From positions 1 through 64,000 of the forward strand of contig ADNK01000742.1 in NCBI GenBank assembly GCA_000320545.1: 64,000 bases of DNA, in the 5' to 3' direction. Below, piece after piece: positions 14,096 through 26,965 of this stretch. This stretch comes from Bigelowiella natans CCMP2755. Lineage: Eukaryota > Protista > Cercozoa. Position 1 is the stretch's first letter, and every line of letters starts with the position of its first letter. The notes under the pieces were generated by a model that saw only the letters and a program-made list of their open reading frames with translations, made no database searches and was not told the origin of the DNA. Position numbers and translations under genes: made by a program.

Positions 14096-17000
14096 TCAAG
14101 CAGTCTCCCCCACGATGTGATCACGGTGCTTGACAAACAGTTTCCAAGCATTGATCTTGGTGAAATGATCCGCCCAGTTCTCAGCAGTTGCCACCGGTTT
14201 GGGCTTGACTTCCAAGTTGGTGGTGGCCTCTCGGATGAACAGGTTTTTGATTCCCATGTGCCTTGCCTTTCCATGGTGAGATGGGTTGGATGCGATGGCG
14301 ATGGCCCCATCGTTGTCAATCACGAGGGGGGTTGGCCCTCTTGCCTGAAATCCCAATCCCGCCAACATCCTCCTCAACCAGATGGTGTGTGAAGCCGCAT
14401 TGCTTCCAGCCACAGTCTCAGCTTCGCAAGAGGAGAGGGCAGTGCACTTCTGTTTTCCATGGCACCACGAAACTGCTCCTCCCCCATGAGTCGTGAACGC
14501 CACGTGTCCCGAAGTGCCACGAAAGTCAGAGTCACCACCCCAGTCACTGTCCGAGAAAACCCGCAAGGAGAGAGAACCAGTGCACGTGATTCCCAAGTTG
14601 ATGGTCCCTTTTGAATGGCGAAGGGTGCGAACCACAGTGTTGCAATGGACAACTCTGGGGCAATCCAGAACTCGAGAGAGACTGCCCACCGTGGTCGAGA
14701 TGTCCGGACGACAGACGTGAGAGGTGAAGAGGAGTGCGCCCACCACCTGCCTGCAGGGGAAGTCTTTGACAAGAGCCTCCTCCGCAGCAGATCTCTCAGG
14801 CAAGTTGAGCAACTTTGTCGATGGGAGAGCGGGCAATGCCAGAGGGAAAACATCCCATGGACCAAAACTGGCAAGAAGGGTCTTCAGGTGCCCAGCTTGA
14901 GAGATTCGAACAGTTCCCCGATCAGCAGATTGTTCAATCAAGAACCCCAGGAACCATCTGGCCGTCCCCATGTCTTTCAGAACAAACTTTTTCCGGAGTT
15001 CCAACACAACCCAATCCCCAATGCTGTGGGAAGTGCAAGCCATGAGAACATCATCGACGCAAAGCACAAAGATGCACACCTCACCACGCCGATGGAGCAG
15101 GAAAACACAGTGATCCGCATGCAACTTGGTGAATCCCACGTCGAGCAAGGTCGAGGAAAGCAATTGATGCCATTTGCAACCAGCCTGTTTCAGGCCACAG
15201 GCAGCCTTCTTCAACCTGAAAACGAAACCCGCAGGGACCACAATCCCCCCCGGTGGCCGAACGAACAGCACGACATCCAAGTCGGAGTTCAGGAAGGCAG
15301 TCTTGAAATCGATCTGTCGAAGGTGCAGCCTCTGAGAAGCCGCGATGCTCAAGACAAGGCGAACACTGTCAAGCCTGGCCACCGGACTGAGTGTGTCACC
15401 ATGGTGGACCCCAGGGACCTGAGTGAAGCCCTTGATGACCAGTCTCGCTTTGCATCGAGCAATGGCACCCGTCTCAGACAGCTTGAGGTCAAAAACCCAA
15501 CGGCAGCCCAAGATCTTCGACCCTTTTGGAGGTTTGTCGAGCTCAAAAACCCCATTCGCTCTCATCGAAGAAAGTTCGTCACTGCAGGCCTCCTTCCATT
15601 CAGACCACTGAGGCGACTGCATGGCCTCCTTGCAGGAACGAGGGATGGTGATCCCAGACTTGATGGCATTCTTCGCAAGGAACGCACACGACTTGCGAGC
15701 CAGTGCCAGCAGCGAGAAGCGGGAGGAGTTCAGTTTCTCGTCATCACAGTCAGGAGGTCCAGACTGAGCGCGGAGCATGGCATCCAAGTCTGTCCCCGAT
15801 CGAGATCTCACTTGAGAGGCAAAACCCAGCATGGGTGCAAAAGACGAAACAGGTTTGGGAGCCCGGGCCGATCGTCCAGTTTTGAACTCCGCAATGGTCT
15901 CATTTTCCTCGAGATGCTCATCCAGCTTGGGTTTGGGAGCTTTCGGGATCTCAAAATCCACCACGGGGAGAGGTTCCATGCACTCACCGTGTTCAAACAT
16001 GCCATCGGACGTGTCAAGCAAGTGCACCGATCTGCGCGGGAGGACGACCTCACGCTTCTCCACGTGCACAAAGTGGCCCTCAGCGTCAGGAGCCCGACCC
16101 ATGTGCACAGCCGGCTGGGCACGCTCAGAGAATTTGTGACCACGCACCCGAAGAGCAGCCGGAACGGTGACCCAACACCGTTGGCCAAACAGATGCTCCT
16201 CACTCCAATCCGGTTTGCGACCAGCAGCCTTCTCGTGGGGAGAGATGGCTTCAGGATCACTCGCTGCAGGAATGCGGTTCCGTTTGCGGTGCTGACAAAG
16301 GATCATCCTGCCCCAGAACGAGGCAGGGAGCCCACAGTCCAAGATGGTGGCCCTGCCCGTGGCCGTGCCCGTGCAAATGAATCTCCCCGCCGGGTTCTGG
16401 ACGGACGAATGGGGCATGGTCATCCCCTGACCGATCTGGCGCTCTCTGCAGATGGCCTTCACCTCATCCGAGAGGAACTCGGGGGCGTTGTCATGCAGGA
16501 ACGCGGAGATCTTGGCAATGCGGAAGTTGGACGCTTCCACCATCCCAATGAACTCCCGCAGTTTGTCCGGAAAGTCAGATCTGGACTTCGTCAGGTGAGG
16601 GAAACACACTTTCCCAAACAGGTCAACGAACAGAAGAAAGTGCGCGCACCCCTCAGGCGTCTGTGGCTTGATGGCACCACAGAAGTCAAAACCAACACAT
16701 TCGAAAGGCATCTTGGGTGCGCGATCCCCTTTTGGGGGATGGGGGAGTTCGTTTGACTTCGCCCGTGCACATGCCGAGCAGAGGCGCATGGTCTTCCAGT
16801 GCGAGTCTGGTGCCTTGATGTCCCCAAAGGCCCCTTTGTTGCACATCAAACGAATAGTTCGCATGTTGGCATGCCCAGTCAGCTTGTGGAGGCATTCGGC
16901 TCGGTTGGCCGAGGCCCCCAAACGTGCACGGTGACCCCTCACAGCAGACGGGGAGGAAACAGGTGAGGAGAAGTCAACATCGAAATCCCACATCACAGGC

Positions 17001-17320
17001 AACGTGTTGTTGGGGGTCTCAATGACCTCAAAGATGCGGTTGCCATGGGGGCCGAAGACCACCAAGTCGAACTTCGGATCCATGGTGGTGCAGTTGAACC
17101 CCTCCGAACACAGTTGGCCAAGGGAAACGAGCGGGCACTTGAAGTCCTCGGCGATGTGCACCGAGTTGAGGATGCCCAAATCACCATGCCCCGCAATCCG
17201 AATGGGATCACCACCAGCCGGATTCACCACTTGATCGCAGCTGGTGAAGTTCGTCAGCCTGCCACGGAAGGAGGCGGGGAAGGTGTGACAAGAACAAGCA
17301 TTGTCCAGAAACACCAGGGT
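14096..17320 (-). pseudogene. pol: Element A pol (protease, integrase, RT, RNase H), hypermutated
   Basis: Motifs FLDNACSCH, LHKLTGH...CSAC, GFDFCG, HDNAPEF, ARCKARLVIKGFTQ, IDFKTAFLN, KAACGLKQAG, LCVDD, FSDSDWGG, IDNDGAI, NWADHFTK. Confidence 0.92.
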
Positions 17321-18528
17321 GTTGTTGTCACACCTTCCCTTGCCATCACAGTATGACAGGGGCCACGGACGAAGTCTGGGGTCGCCCCGTGCTGCACCAT
17401 GAAGGTGTTCCCAAAGGCCCACTTCGGAGACTCCCCATCCCCATGATCCACCAAGTTGGAGAACTTGATGGCCTTGAAATCCGACTTGGAAGCACGAGGG
17501 CAATTCGGCCTGCCATTTCCCTTGTCGGATGTCCCCGACAATGATTTCCGCCTGCCACTGCCCACATCGGGGTCAACCGGGATTCCCCTCGAGTTCCGGT
17601 CCTCAGTCTTCCTCTTGTCCGGTGTTCCCTTTGAATCCCGGCCCTCGGACTTTCTCTTGGACGGACAATCACGGCGTTCATGGCCTGTTTTTCCGCAGCG
17701 GTGGCACCGGCCCAAGAACTCCACCGCAAAGGCAGCCGCCGACCGGACCTCCTCTGTGGCCTTTTTGTCAACAGAATGGAGGTCCAAGTGAGCCAGTGTC
17801 TTGTTCTTCGCCGCCTTCAGGGTCCGGATGGCAGGATCAAGCGCCGCAATGTTCTTGGCAGGACCCAGCGCCGGGGAGAGGCCCTTGCAGAACACCCCGA
17901 GGAAAACATCTTCCAACTTCAGTTCGGCCTCCTTGATCCTTTTTGTGAAGTCCTCCAGGGTTGCGCAAAACCCTGTGAAGTCCTCCCCTTTCATTTGCAG
18001 GTCGATGAGCTTCATCGCCAACTGCAACTCAGTCATGGGAGTGATCCGATCGAAGTGTGGTTTGAGGGCATTCCCGGCCTTCCTGCCCTCACCCTCTTCG
18101 ACGTTGTTCAAGTGGTTCAGACGGACTGTGGCATCACAAGACTGATGAATCAGTGAGCACCACGATCGTTCCGCCTTGCGAGCCCGCTTGTTGTGTTTCC
18201 TCAATGCGCGTTTGGTCTTCCCAACAGGAGCCAAGACCCATTCGGGTCCATCAGCGTCTGTGGTGTCCGAGGCATTGTCCGATGAATCTTCCAACTGTTC
18301 GGTGGATTCATCGGATTCCCCGACTTTCTTTTCCGACCGTTTCCGCCAAAACTTGAGTTTGCCAGCCAGGAGCAAATGGACGTCCTCATGGTCCTTCTTC
18401 CCCGTGATGAACGCCCGCAGGGACTTGCCCCGTGCCCTGCACGAACCAACCCGGTTCTCCTCGAGCACAACGAGGTCCGAACCGTTGACCTCAACCGCAG
18501 CGAAACGATTTGTGCTCTGAGCGCTCAT
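17254..18528 (-). pseudogene. gag: Element A gag with a CCHC zinc knuckle; frameshifted relative to pol near 17315
   Basis: The ATG lies inside the PBS (MSAQSTNRF...). Knuckle sequence CHRCGKTGHERRDC. Confidence 0.85.
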
Positions 18529-18535
18529 GACCAAG

Positions 18536-18732
18536 TGGAACGTGTGTGCTCGTGAACAGTTGTCCGCTTGATCAATGAGACACTTTGCTGACGCACGTCG
18601 CGACGTGCATGCGTGCACAACTCCGTGGCCACGACCCAGCTGCGTTGTCCAACCACTGCGTGACCGCATCAACACTGCATGCAACACGCATGCACAGTTG
18701 CTGCACTTGCGCTCCCAATGTGTGCTCCAATT
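18536..18732 (-). repeat. 5' LTR of element A
   Basis: Direct repeat of 13822-14022, followed on the minus strand by the PBS. Confidence 0.92.
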
Positions 18733-18740
18733 TGAGAAAA

Positions 18741-21700
18741 GTTCACTGACGAGAATTGCGAGAAATCACGTCCCAGTTGTCTTTCCTGAGCAAAGCCAAG
18801 GTCCACCTGACTGGGTCAGGAAGCAACTTCAACCATTGCGCCTTCACGATGAAAGCTGTTTTCGCGGCCGAAAACGTGATCGATTGTTTCGAAATGGCGA
18901 AACCATCGACCATGGCCAACAGCCAGACAGGCCGGCGAAACTGATGAACGTGATTGAGAATCCGGAGTGCTGCAGGGAGGTGGCACGGATCAGCGAGACC
19001 GAGGCCAAAGTCTGGCGTGCTGGTGCACCCACCACGAACGCGGATGGTGAGGCCAATGTGAGGGCCTGCGCCGCGATGTGTCCAACGGTGCACGCCGCTC
19101 ACCAGCACTTGCTCGATGATTCCGGAGGTCTTGCAGCTGTCGCCTGGGCCCGTCTCACGGAGAGGTTCAAGCCCATCGATGACGCATCTGTGCATGAGTT
19201 GAATGGCAGTCTGCAACAAGCCTCCATCGAAAATTTCGATCACGACGCAGAGGCACACTGCTCTGAATTCGTTGCCATCTGCGGAAGGCTGGCCAGCGCG
19301 AACCAGGCTGTTGGCGAGCAGATGCAGATGACCTGTTTCACAAATGGGTTGAAACCCAAGAAAAAACGTGAGGCCATCGTGCATGGCCTGGCTGCGGCCA
19401 ACCACAAACAGCCAAAAACGTGCATGGAACAGCCACGAGATCCACTCAGTGCCAAAAGGATGGCTGCCAATCGAGACGGACAGGAGAAGAACCACGTGCA
19501 GGCAGAAGCAAAGAGGATTCACGTCAAAAAGCGTCCGGCGCAAGAAACGATGAATCACCAGGGAAGCCAGCATCGTCACAATGACGATGATGATTGTCAC
19601 CAGCGCGGACGAGGCAGAGGGTCGCGCGGTTCTCGCGGCAGAGGAGGACGCGGACGCCGAGGCCGAGGGCGTGGTGGAAGGAAGCGATCCCACAACAACA
19701 ACAAGAAGGATCAGCAGGATGAGCAGAAAAAGGCGAAAAAGGATGTGGCGTGTTGTTCGTGTGGCAAGAAAGGACACCATGCACGCGAATGTCATCACAT
19801 CAACGACCTCACCAAGAAGCAGTGCAACGCCGTCCTGGAAAAATGCAAAAAGGATGAGAAGAGTGAGAAGGAGGCGATGCACGTTCAACAGGAGACAAAG
19901 GACAAAAAATGCGAGGAATGTGGCTCCTCAGAGGATGAAGACGACTCATTCGGGAGAGGTTGTTGCACGCAGAGTGCGGAATGCAATGCCAAAAACACAA
20001 CAACACTTGACAATGGTGCAACCACGCACACTTTCAACAACAAAAAACACTTCTCTCACCTGCTCCCTCTCTTGAACAAAAGAAAAGTGAGTGTTGGCAA
20101 GAAGGGTGTTGCCCACACTGCAACACGTGAGGGGAGAGCACCAATGACCTTCGTGCTCCCCTCGGGCAAAAAGAAAAGGGGAATGCTGAGTGGAGTGTTG
20201 TGCTCACCTGATTCTTCTTTGTCTTGTGAATCCCAATCCAAGATTGATGGGACCGGTTGTCGCACGGAAACCGCGAATGGCCAGACTCTGGTGTTGAAAA
20301 ACAATGAGCCGGTTGTGCACTTTGAGATGAAAAATCGATTGCATCGTGCCGCATTGGATGACAATCACAACATGCTCAATGACAGAAAATCAACCAACAC
20401 ACAGTCGTGTGACATTGATGCATCGTGTGGTGTCGAAGTGCCTGAGTGTGCTGTCGATCAGGTCCATGATCAGATGGATGACACCGTGGAGCTTCATGGA
20501 AAGCTGCTGCACTGTGATCGACCCAAAACGTCACAAGTTGCAAAGTGTTCAACGGGATTGAAAACACCTGATCAGTTGAAAAAGATCAATTGTGCAGCGT
20601 GTGATGTGACCAACACCAAACGCGCAAGGCGAGGTGTGCCAGGAGCAACCTCGGCCCAAAGCGAACGTGTGCACGCGGATGCTGAAAGCTCAATGCGCAG
20701 CGTGCGCGGTTGCAAGCACTTCGTGGTGCACGCACACGAAGGCACACGTGGAATGACCGCGGCCAAAGCCAAAAAGAAATCGCAAATGCCAGCGCTTGCG
20801 CGCAGTGTGTTGCGCAAGCACAGAAACGCACACGGGTCGCACATTGCAGAACTTCGTTCGGATGATGGCTCTGAATTTGCGGCCACCACGCTGCAGAGAT
20901 TTCCAGATGAGAATGGTGTTGCCTTCAATCCTGGCATGCCGCGAACGCCAGAGCAGAACGGGACATCTGAGAGAGCGATGCAAACGGTGACGACCAAAAT
21001 GCGCACGATGATGAAGCAATGCGGCACATCGTTGCGGCATTGGTGTTGCGCGTCAGGTCGTGTGATCTGCACCATGAATCGCACACCTCACTCAGCCGAC
21101 AGCACGAAGACTCCCCACGAGCTCCATTGTGAGAAGAAGCCAGACCTGAGCAATTCAGTGGTGTTTGGCTGCATTGGTGCACTGTCGGTGGATGAACAAT
21201 TGCGCAAAAGGTCACGGTTGGAGGACACTGGACAGCACGTGCGCATGCTCGGACGTGATGCGAGGCATGGCACATGCGTGGTCAGTGCAGACACCGGCAA
21301 AATCATGGAAAAAGCGAACGTGGACAAGTGGCATCAAAGTGTGTTTCGATTTGCTGCTCTGCGACGACAATCACCTCAATGTCGTGATCCTGAGGACTCT
21401 GACGTCGAGATGGACAAAGGCGATGTTCCTGCGAGCAAGGAGAGAGATGGATCAGAATCTTCTCCCAGCACGCATGACACCAATGTGATGGATTTCATTG
21501 AGTCATCACAAAACACGCTGAATGCTTGCGCCAAGAAGATGGATGCGATGTCATCAACAACCGGACGGTGATCCATGAGAGCGAAAAAATGACCAAAAAG
21601 GACGCTCATGACGGTCTGTGCAGGCTCTGTGAGGAGAAGAAAGGCGCATTCTCGAGCATTTGCACCTCCATGTCAGAAATGGGCAACCTCAAAGACGAAG

Positions 21701-23856
21701 ACACAAAGCTAGTTGTTGGTGGGCGGCGGGCAAAGGCAGCGAGCTACGTGGTGTGCACGCTTTTCGTGTTTGCCTTGCGCTGTGGGTGCGATTTGTCATC
21801 ACCATCATCATCCGTCATCGCCACCAAAGAGGATGAGATGAAGGAGAGAGCGGAATCTGCGCTGCCTTTGCCCGTGAAGCTGCCGACATCCACGGGGGGA
21901 AGGAGTTCGTCGACTGCGCCTGAGATGGACAAAACAAATTGTGAGCGCAAGGAGGCACCGCAACTGCCGACTGGAGTCTCTGAGAGATCCAATGAAAACG
22001 TGCGTCCGGCCATGATGGGCCGAAACTGCGGCGTCCATGCTCCAATGGATTTTCAGGCTGTGCAGGATGAAGAACAGTGCATCACCTCCGTTGCCCGTGG
22101 TGGCAACAGCTCATTCGCTGAGAAATGCAAACAGTCACGATTGGAACGTGAGAAGATGAGAACGGCGGAACGCACGTTCGCCGCTCTTGATCAAAGCACC
22201 GGGGAAGTTGTGTTGAAGGATGTTGATGTGTCTGCACACGACACATTGGACACACCCAAAACCTTCCGCGAAGCCGTCACTGGACCTGAGAAAAAGCATT
22301 GGTCACCATCAATGAAAGATGAAATTGGATCGCTGGTCAGGAGACGTGCATGGGACACAGTCAGACGACCGAAAGGAAAGTTGGTTTCTGCCAAATGGGC
22401 ATTCAAAAAGAAACCAAACCCTGACGGGTCCATTCGCTGCAAGTCGCGTGTGGTGGCAAGAGGATTCGACCAACGCCGAGGCGTTGAATGGTTTCGCTCT
22501 TGCGCACCTGCGCTCTCACAGGCATCTCTGCGTGTGCCATCAGCGTTGTGTTCCAGATGCAAGCCAACAATGCACAACATGGACACACGTGCAGCTTGCC
22601 TCTGCGGCCAGATTGACGCCGACGTGCACCTTGAGATGCCTGATGGATCAGAAAAAGGAGGTTGCAGGAACAAACAAGAAGAAGAGACAATGAATGACAG
22701 GGCCAACGCAGCCTGTCAGTTGAATGAATCTGTCCACGGTCCAAAATGATCAGCATGCACGTGGAACAGAACGTTCGTTGGGTCTCTCACCAAGGTGGGT
22801 TTTGAATAGATGGAGACAGACCCATGCTTGTTTGTGTTGGACAGAGGAAAAAATCGAAAAGTCGTGGTGGGCATCTGCGCAGACGACACCCTTCTGTGTT
22901 TTCAAAACGAGAAAGACAAAGACCACGTCATTGAAAGTTCAAAGAAGGAACACGAAATGCACCACCTTGGCCTGGTGCAAGAGTGCTTGGGTTTGCAGAT
23001 GGAGAGAGACAGCAGAGGTTGTTGCTCTGTCTGTCAAGAGAAACACATCACGAAGATGTGTGAAAGATTCAAAGTGTCACCTTCCAAGCGCGCCCGGACC
23101 CCGATCCCGATGGACACAAGGAAGGACTGTGGCAAAGAACCTGAAGTGGATCAAACGTCATTTGGGTCAGTCATTGGTGCCTGTCTGCACGTTGCAGCAG
23201 CTGCACGACCGGACGTGGTCGCGGCCCCATCGCTGCTGGCAGTGCATTCGCAGGACCCAAGGGAAAGCCATTTGAAAGTGGCGCACAGGGTTGTGAAGCA
23301 TTCACTGAGTGCTGAACACTGCAAAGTGTGCTGCAACCGACCTGAGCGAGGCTTCGAGGGATGCGCCGATGCCAACCACGTGACTGAAAAAGATGGCAAA
23401 AGCAGATCAGGACACTTTTTGCAGTTCTGCGGTGGCCCTGTGCTGTTCGGCTCACACAGACAGACTGTGGTGGCCAATCACGCAGCCGAAGCTGAGCACA
23501 TGAGCGTGTCTCAGCCAGGGCGTGACGTGGCATGTGCCACACAGTTGGTTGAAGAATTGGGCTTCGAGCCTGACAAGAAAGTTTCAATGAAGATGCCTGC
23601 ATTTGAAGATTGCCAGCCCGCCATCCGGATGGCCACCAACCCTGGTTTCACCAAAAAGTCAAAGTCTGCAAGAGTTGCACACCACGACGTTGGACAACTC
23701 ATGCGTGACGACGTGATGCGACCACACCATGTGTCTGGCAAGGAACAACCTGCAGACACGTTGACTGAACCCACAGGGCGCACACCCACACTGGCATGTT
23801 GCCAGAAGTTCCATGCTGACATGCGCACTGAGCAGCACCTCCATGACGCCGGTTGA
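18741..23856 (+). pseudogene. Element B gag-pol, hypermutated, with a frameshift near 21570 and in-frame stops at 22747 and 22807
   Basis: Motifs CCSCGKKGHHAREC, LDNGATTH, LRSDDGSEF, PEQNGTSER, PKTFREA, RCKSRVVARGF, VHGPK*SA, ICADD, GCADANH, EAEHMS, QPADTLT. Confidence 0.92.
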
Positions 23857-26588
23857 GCCGGCGGATGTCGCCTTTGGGGGGCATGGGTTTGGCCTGCGTC
23901 GACGTTTGTCACGTGACGTTGGGCTCACGTGGTCCTCCCATGTGGTTCCTGACGTCGACGTTCAGCACGTGACGCCAGGCTTCTCCTCCACTGCCCATGA
24001 CATGCACACACATTCATTGCACACAGGTGTCCAACACGGTGTACAGTGATCAACATGCACACTGTGCGGGGTGCATGTGCTGACCCCCACGAAGCCTCCA
24101 GCTTCTCCAGCTGGGGAGGCGTTGGCCTCTGCGGCTGGGGGGGGCACACGTTGTTGCTGGGGGGGCGTCAGCTTCTTCAGCGAGCACAAGGACGCGGGAG
24201 AGCTTCTGTGTCTTCCCACGTGACACACGAGGAGTGTTGGCATGGCTGTGCTCTGCACAGTTGGGGTCATGCACTTTGTGCAGATCGCATGGATCACGGA
24301 GCCACCTTCACGACAGGGCAGCCCTTTGCAAAATGTGTGCAGCACCCGTGCTGATGCACTTGCGAACTGCATTCGGAAGAGATCCCCTTCGCAACGTGCA
24401 CGACGCTCATTGTCGATGTGCACACGTGAGCACAGATTGGAGACCTGTGGAACATTGCATGCACTTCCTTGGGTTCACACGATGCAACACACACAACTCT
24501 CGATGGTTGGCACATTGGTGCAAACGGATCACCTTTCAATTTGCATGCATGCAACCGTCACGGTTGATGCATTTTCTTGGTCTTCACAACGTGTGCAGCA
24601 CCTCCTGCTGATGACATGCACATTGATGGGGTCTGCGGGTCTGACCTGCAGATCACAAGACGTGTTGCTTGCAGGCATTTTGCTGAAGTCAGCATCTCCA
24701 CAGAACGTGTGCAGTTGCATCAACTGATGTGTTGGTCAAGTCACATGGAACGTGTGCAGCCGTTGTTGCTGGCATGTGTTCCACACTTGATGAAAACTGC
24801 AAACTTGTTGCACGTGCAGCATGGCTCATGCATTGTGAAGTTGTGGTCACGTGTGGAGCTGACACTGACACATTGAGTGTTCAGTTGTGTGGCTGATCTG
24901 TGGCGAGATGATGTGTGCAGCCCAAGGCTTGCACACATGCACAAAAAATGTCAATGCATGCAGTCCAATGGCTCATTCATGACATGGCCACCTTGGGGCG
25001 GCACATTCATGCACCTTCGAACCGGCACGTGTGTGCATGCACACATGCATCCCGACAGGTCATGCTTTTTGATGTGACTAGCACTTCCTGCTGCAATGTG
25101 TTCCAGGGCCATGAGGATCATGCCTGCAGATCACATTGACATGACTTGCATGATCGGCATGGGATTCAATGACACACGGAGCACACGCAACTGTTGCAGT
25201 TGACACGCTTCTCCACAATTGAAGTGTGCACAGCATTGAGCTGCTGTGTTGTGATGTGCAACCTGCGTTGACATTGTGATCACAATGAAGTGCATGCAAC
25301 TGATGCAGTTGATGCACGTTCTTTGAGTGTGTCGAAGGGACATCATCACACGTGGTCACAGTTGGTGCATCAAGTGTGCAACTGTCAGCCTGCATGAAAA
25401 CTGCAGAACCACATGCAGGGTGTTGCTGATGTCAAATTGTGCAGCACCGCTGCTGACAAATGTGAAATGCACCTTCTGCAGGTGCACGGTGCACGGCATT
25501 GAGCCGATGCAAATTGTCCGGACCCAAGTGGTCACCGGAGGGTCGTGGATTGCAGCTGCTCCAATGCCAACTGCATCCCAGTGCCACTTTCCCACCTTTC
25601 CGGATGTTTTCCTGTCGTCGTTCCTTTGACGACAGGAAAGCGCGGACAGATTTGTTCCGACCTTCCTTTTGCATTGAACAAAGGAAGGTGCAAACGAACA
25701 TCCTTTCCTTTTTTTGAGCAAAGGAAGGATGAACAGAAGGCAGTTGTTTTGCAAATCAAGGGGGGGTTGGGGATTGCCTTCACTTCTCTTTCCTTTCCCC
25801 TCCCCCCCTCTCGTCCCTTGCATTCCCCTTTCGTGTTTTTGCGGGTGTGTGGATGTTTTTGTGACACTTTTCTCTTTTTGCGGATTGACCGCCTGTGTTC
25901 TTTCGGGTTTTGCTTCGTTTTCATGGGGATCAACCCCATTTTGAGAAAACAAAATGGTGCTTGATGCACAAAGCTTGTTTTTCATGAATTCGCTTTTCGA
26001 ATTTTCGATTTTTTCGTGACCGAAATTGATTCGGTGCCAAGTTTGCAAATTGGGGAGGCGGATGGCTGCTCTTCGTGAGAGCTTTCCTCCTCGTGATCGT
26101 GGCGTCAGCTGCCACGAGTGATGCATTCTGACATCAGTGGTGCAGATGCAGTTGACGGTGAAGCGGATGGCTGCACTTCCGTTCGGTTCGTGAGCAGAAC
26201 GAGCGGAAGGTCCGAGCATGCATCGCCACTCACCGTGCAACTTGAGCATTGCAGCTGGTTGTGCAGGATCATCGTGGCAGGCCCTGCCCTGAGCCACCGA
26301 ATCGAACTGCACGTGCGTTGCAGTGAGTTCGATTCCGGAGCTGTTGTGCATTGCACAAAGCAACGGGAGGTTTTTGCGGCCATTGGCGCTTCCTGCCCAT
26401 GCATGCATTGCATGCATTCAAACTTGCAGCTCGACCACGAGTGAGTGCAAGCTTCCAATGGCGGCAACGCATGTGGTGGCCTGCTTGGTTGACGAGGCAT
26501 CACATGCGCAGCATCGTGCATCGGTTTGCCCGTTGTGGAAACGTGCATGTGTGCATGCGCGTCAGTCAATTTGCCAGTTTGGGAGGCG

Positions 26589-26965
26589 TGTTGATGCTCC
26601 CACGTTCGCGCAAGTTTGACATGCATGTGGTCGACATGCAAGCGAGCATGAACCGAGGAAATTGGCAAATCAACTGTGCACGTTGTGGCAGGTGAAGCGG
26701 CACAAGTGCGACAAGCATTGCCTTGGCACTTCAGCCTGCCGCGACAAGGAATGCACACACACACACGTCGCGCGACAAGGATCAGCCTTGTCGCGGCCCA
26801 GAAATGCAATGAAATCATGTTTGTTCTCTGACAAGCTTGACCTCCATGAAAGGGCGGTCAAGCACACGCATGACTTCATCACAGTTCAACCTGAACACCG
26901 CTGCCCACTCGTTTGCCACCTTTTGCTCACTGCGCGCACATCGCACCGCACCCAACCGTTCAATG
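26589..26965 (+). repeat. 3' LTR of element B (377 bp)
   Basis: TGTTGA...TCAATG, direct repeat of 13424-13796. Confidence 0.93.

Larger units (their letters stand above)
13822..18732 (-). mobile_element. Ty1/copia LTR retrotransposon A, inserted just downstream of the element B PBS
   Basis: LTR pair 18536-18732 and 13822-14022; flanking direct repeat TGAGA(AAA); PBS GGTCATGAGC (18532-18523); PPT TGGGGGAG (14030-14023). Confidence 0.93.
13424..26965 (+). mobile_element. Ty1/copia LTR retrotransposon B, full length and decayed, containing nested element A
   Basis: LTR pair 13424-13796 and 26589-26965; TSD ATGGG/ATGGA; PBS-like GGTCAAGAGCC at 13797-13807; PPT-like GGGAGGCG at 26581-26588; domain order gag-PR-IN-RT-RH. 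Confidence 0.93.

Noticed and set aside
13822-23856. ADAR-type RNA hyperediting of the retroelement transcript
   Set aside because: That would be strand-biased, shared between LTRs and confined to the element. The observed changes are on both strands, differ between LTRs and extend into the flanks.
14096-23856. Alternative genetic code for Tyr
   Set aside because: Host genes in the window use TAY for conserved Tyr and TAA as stop normally.
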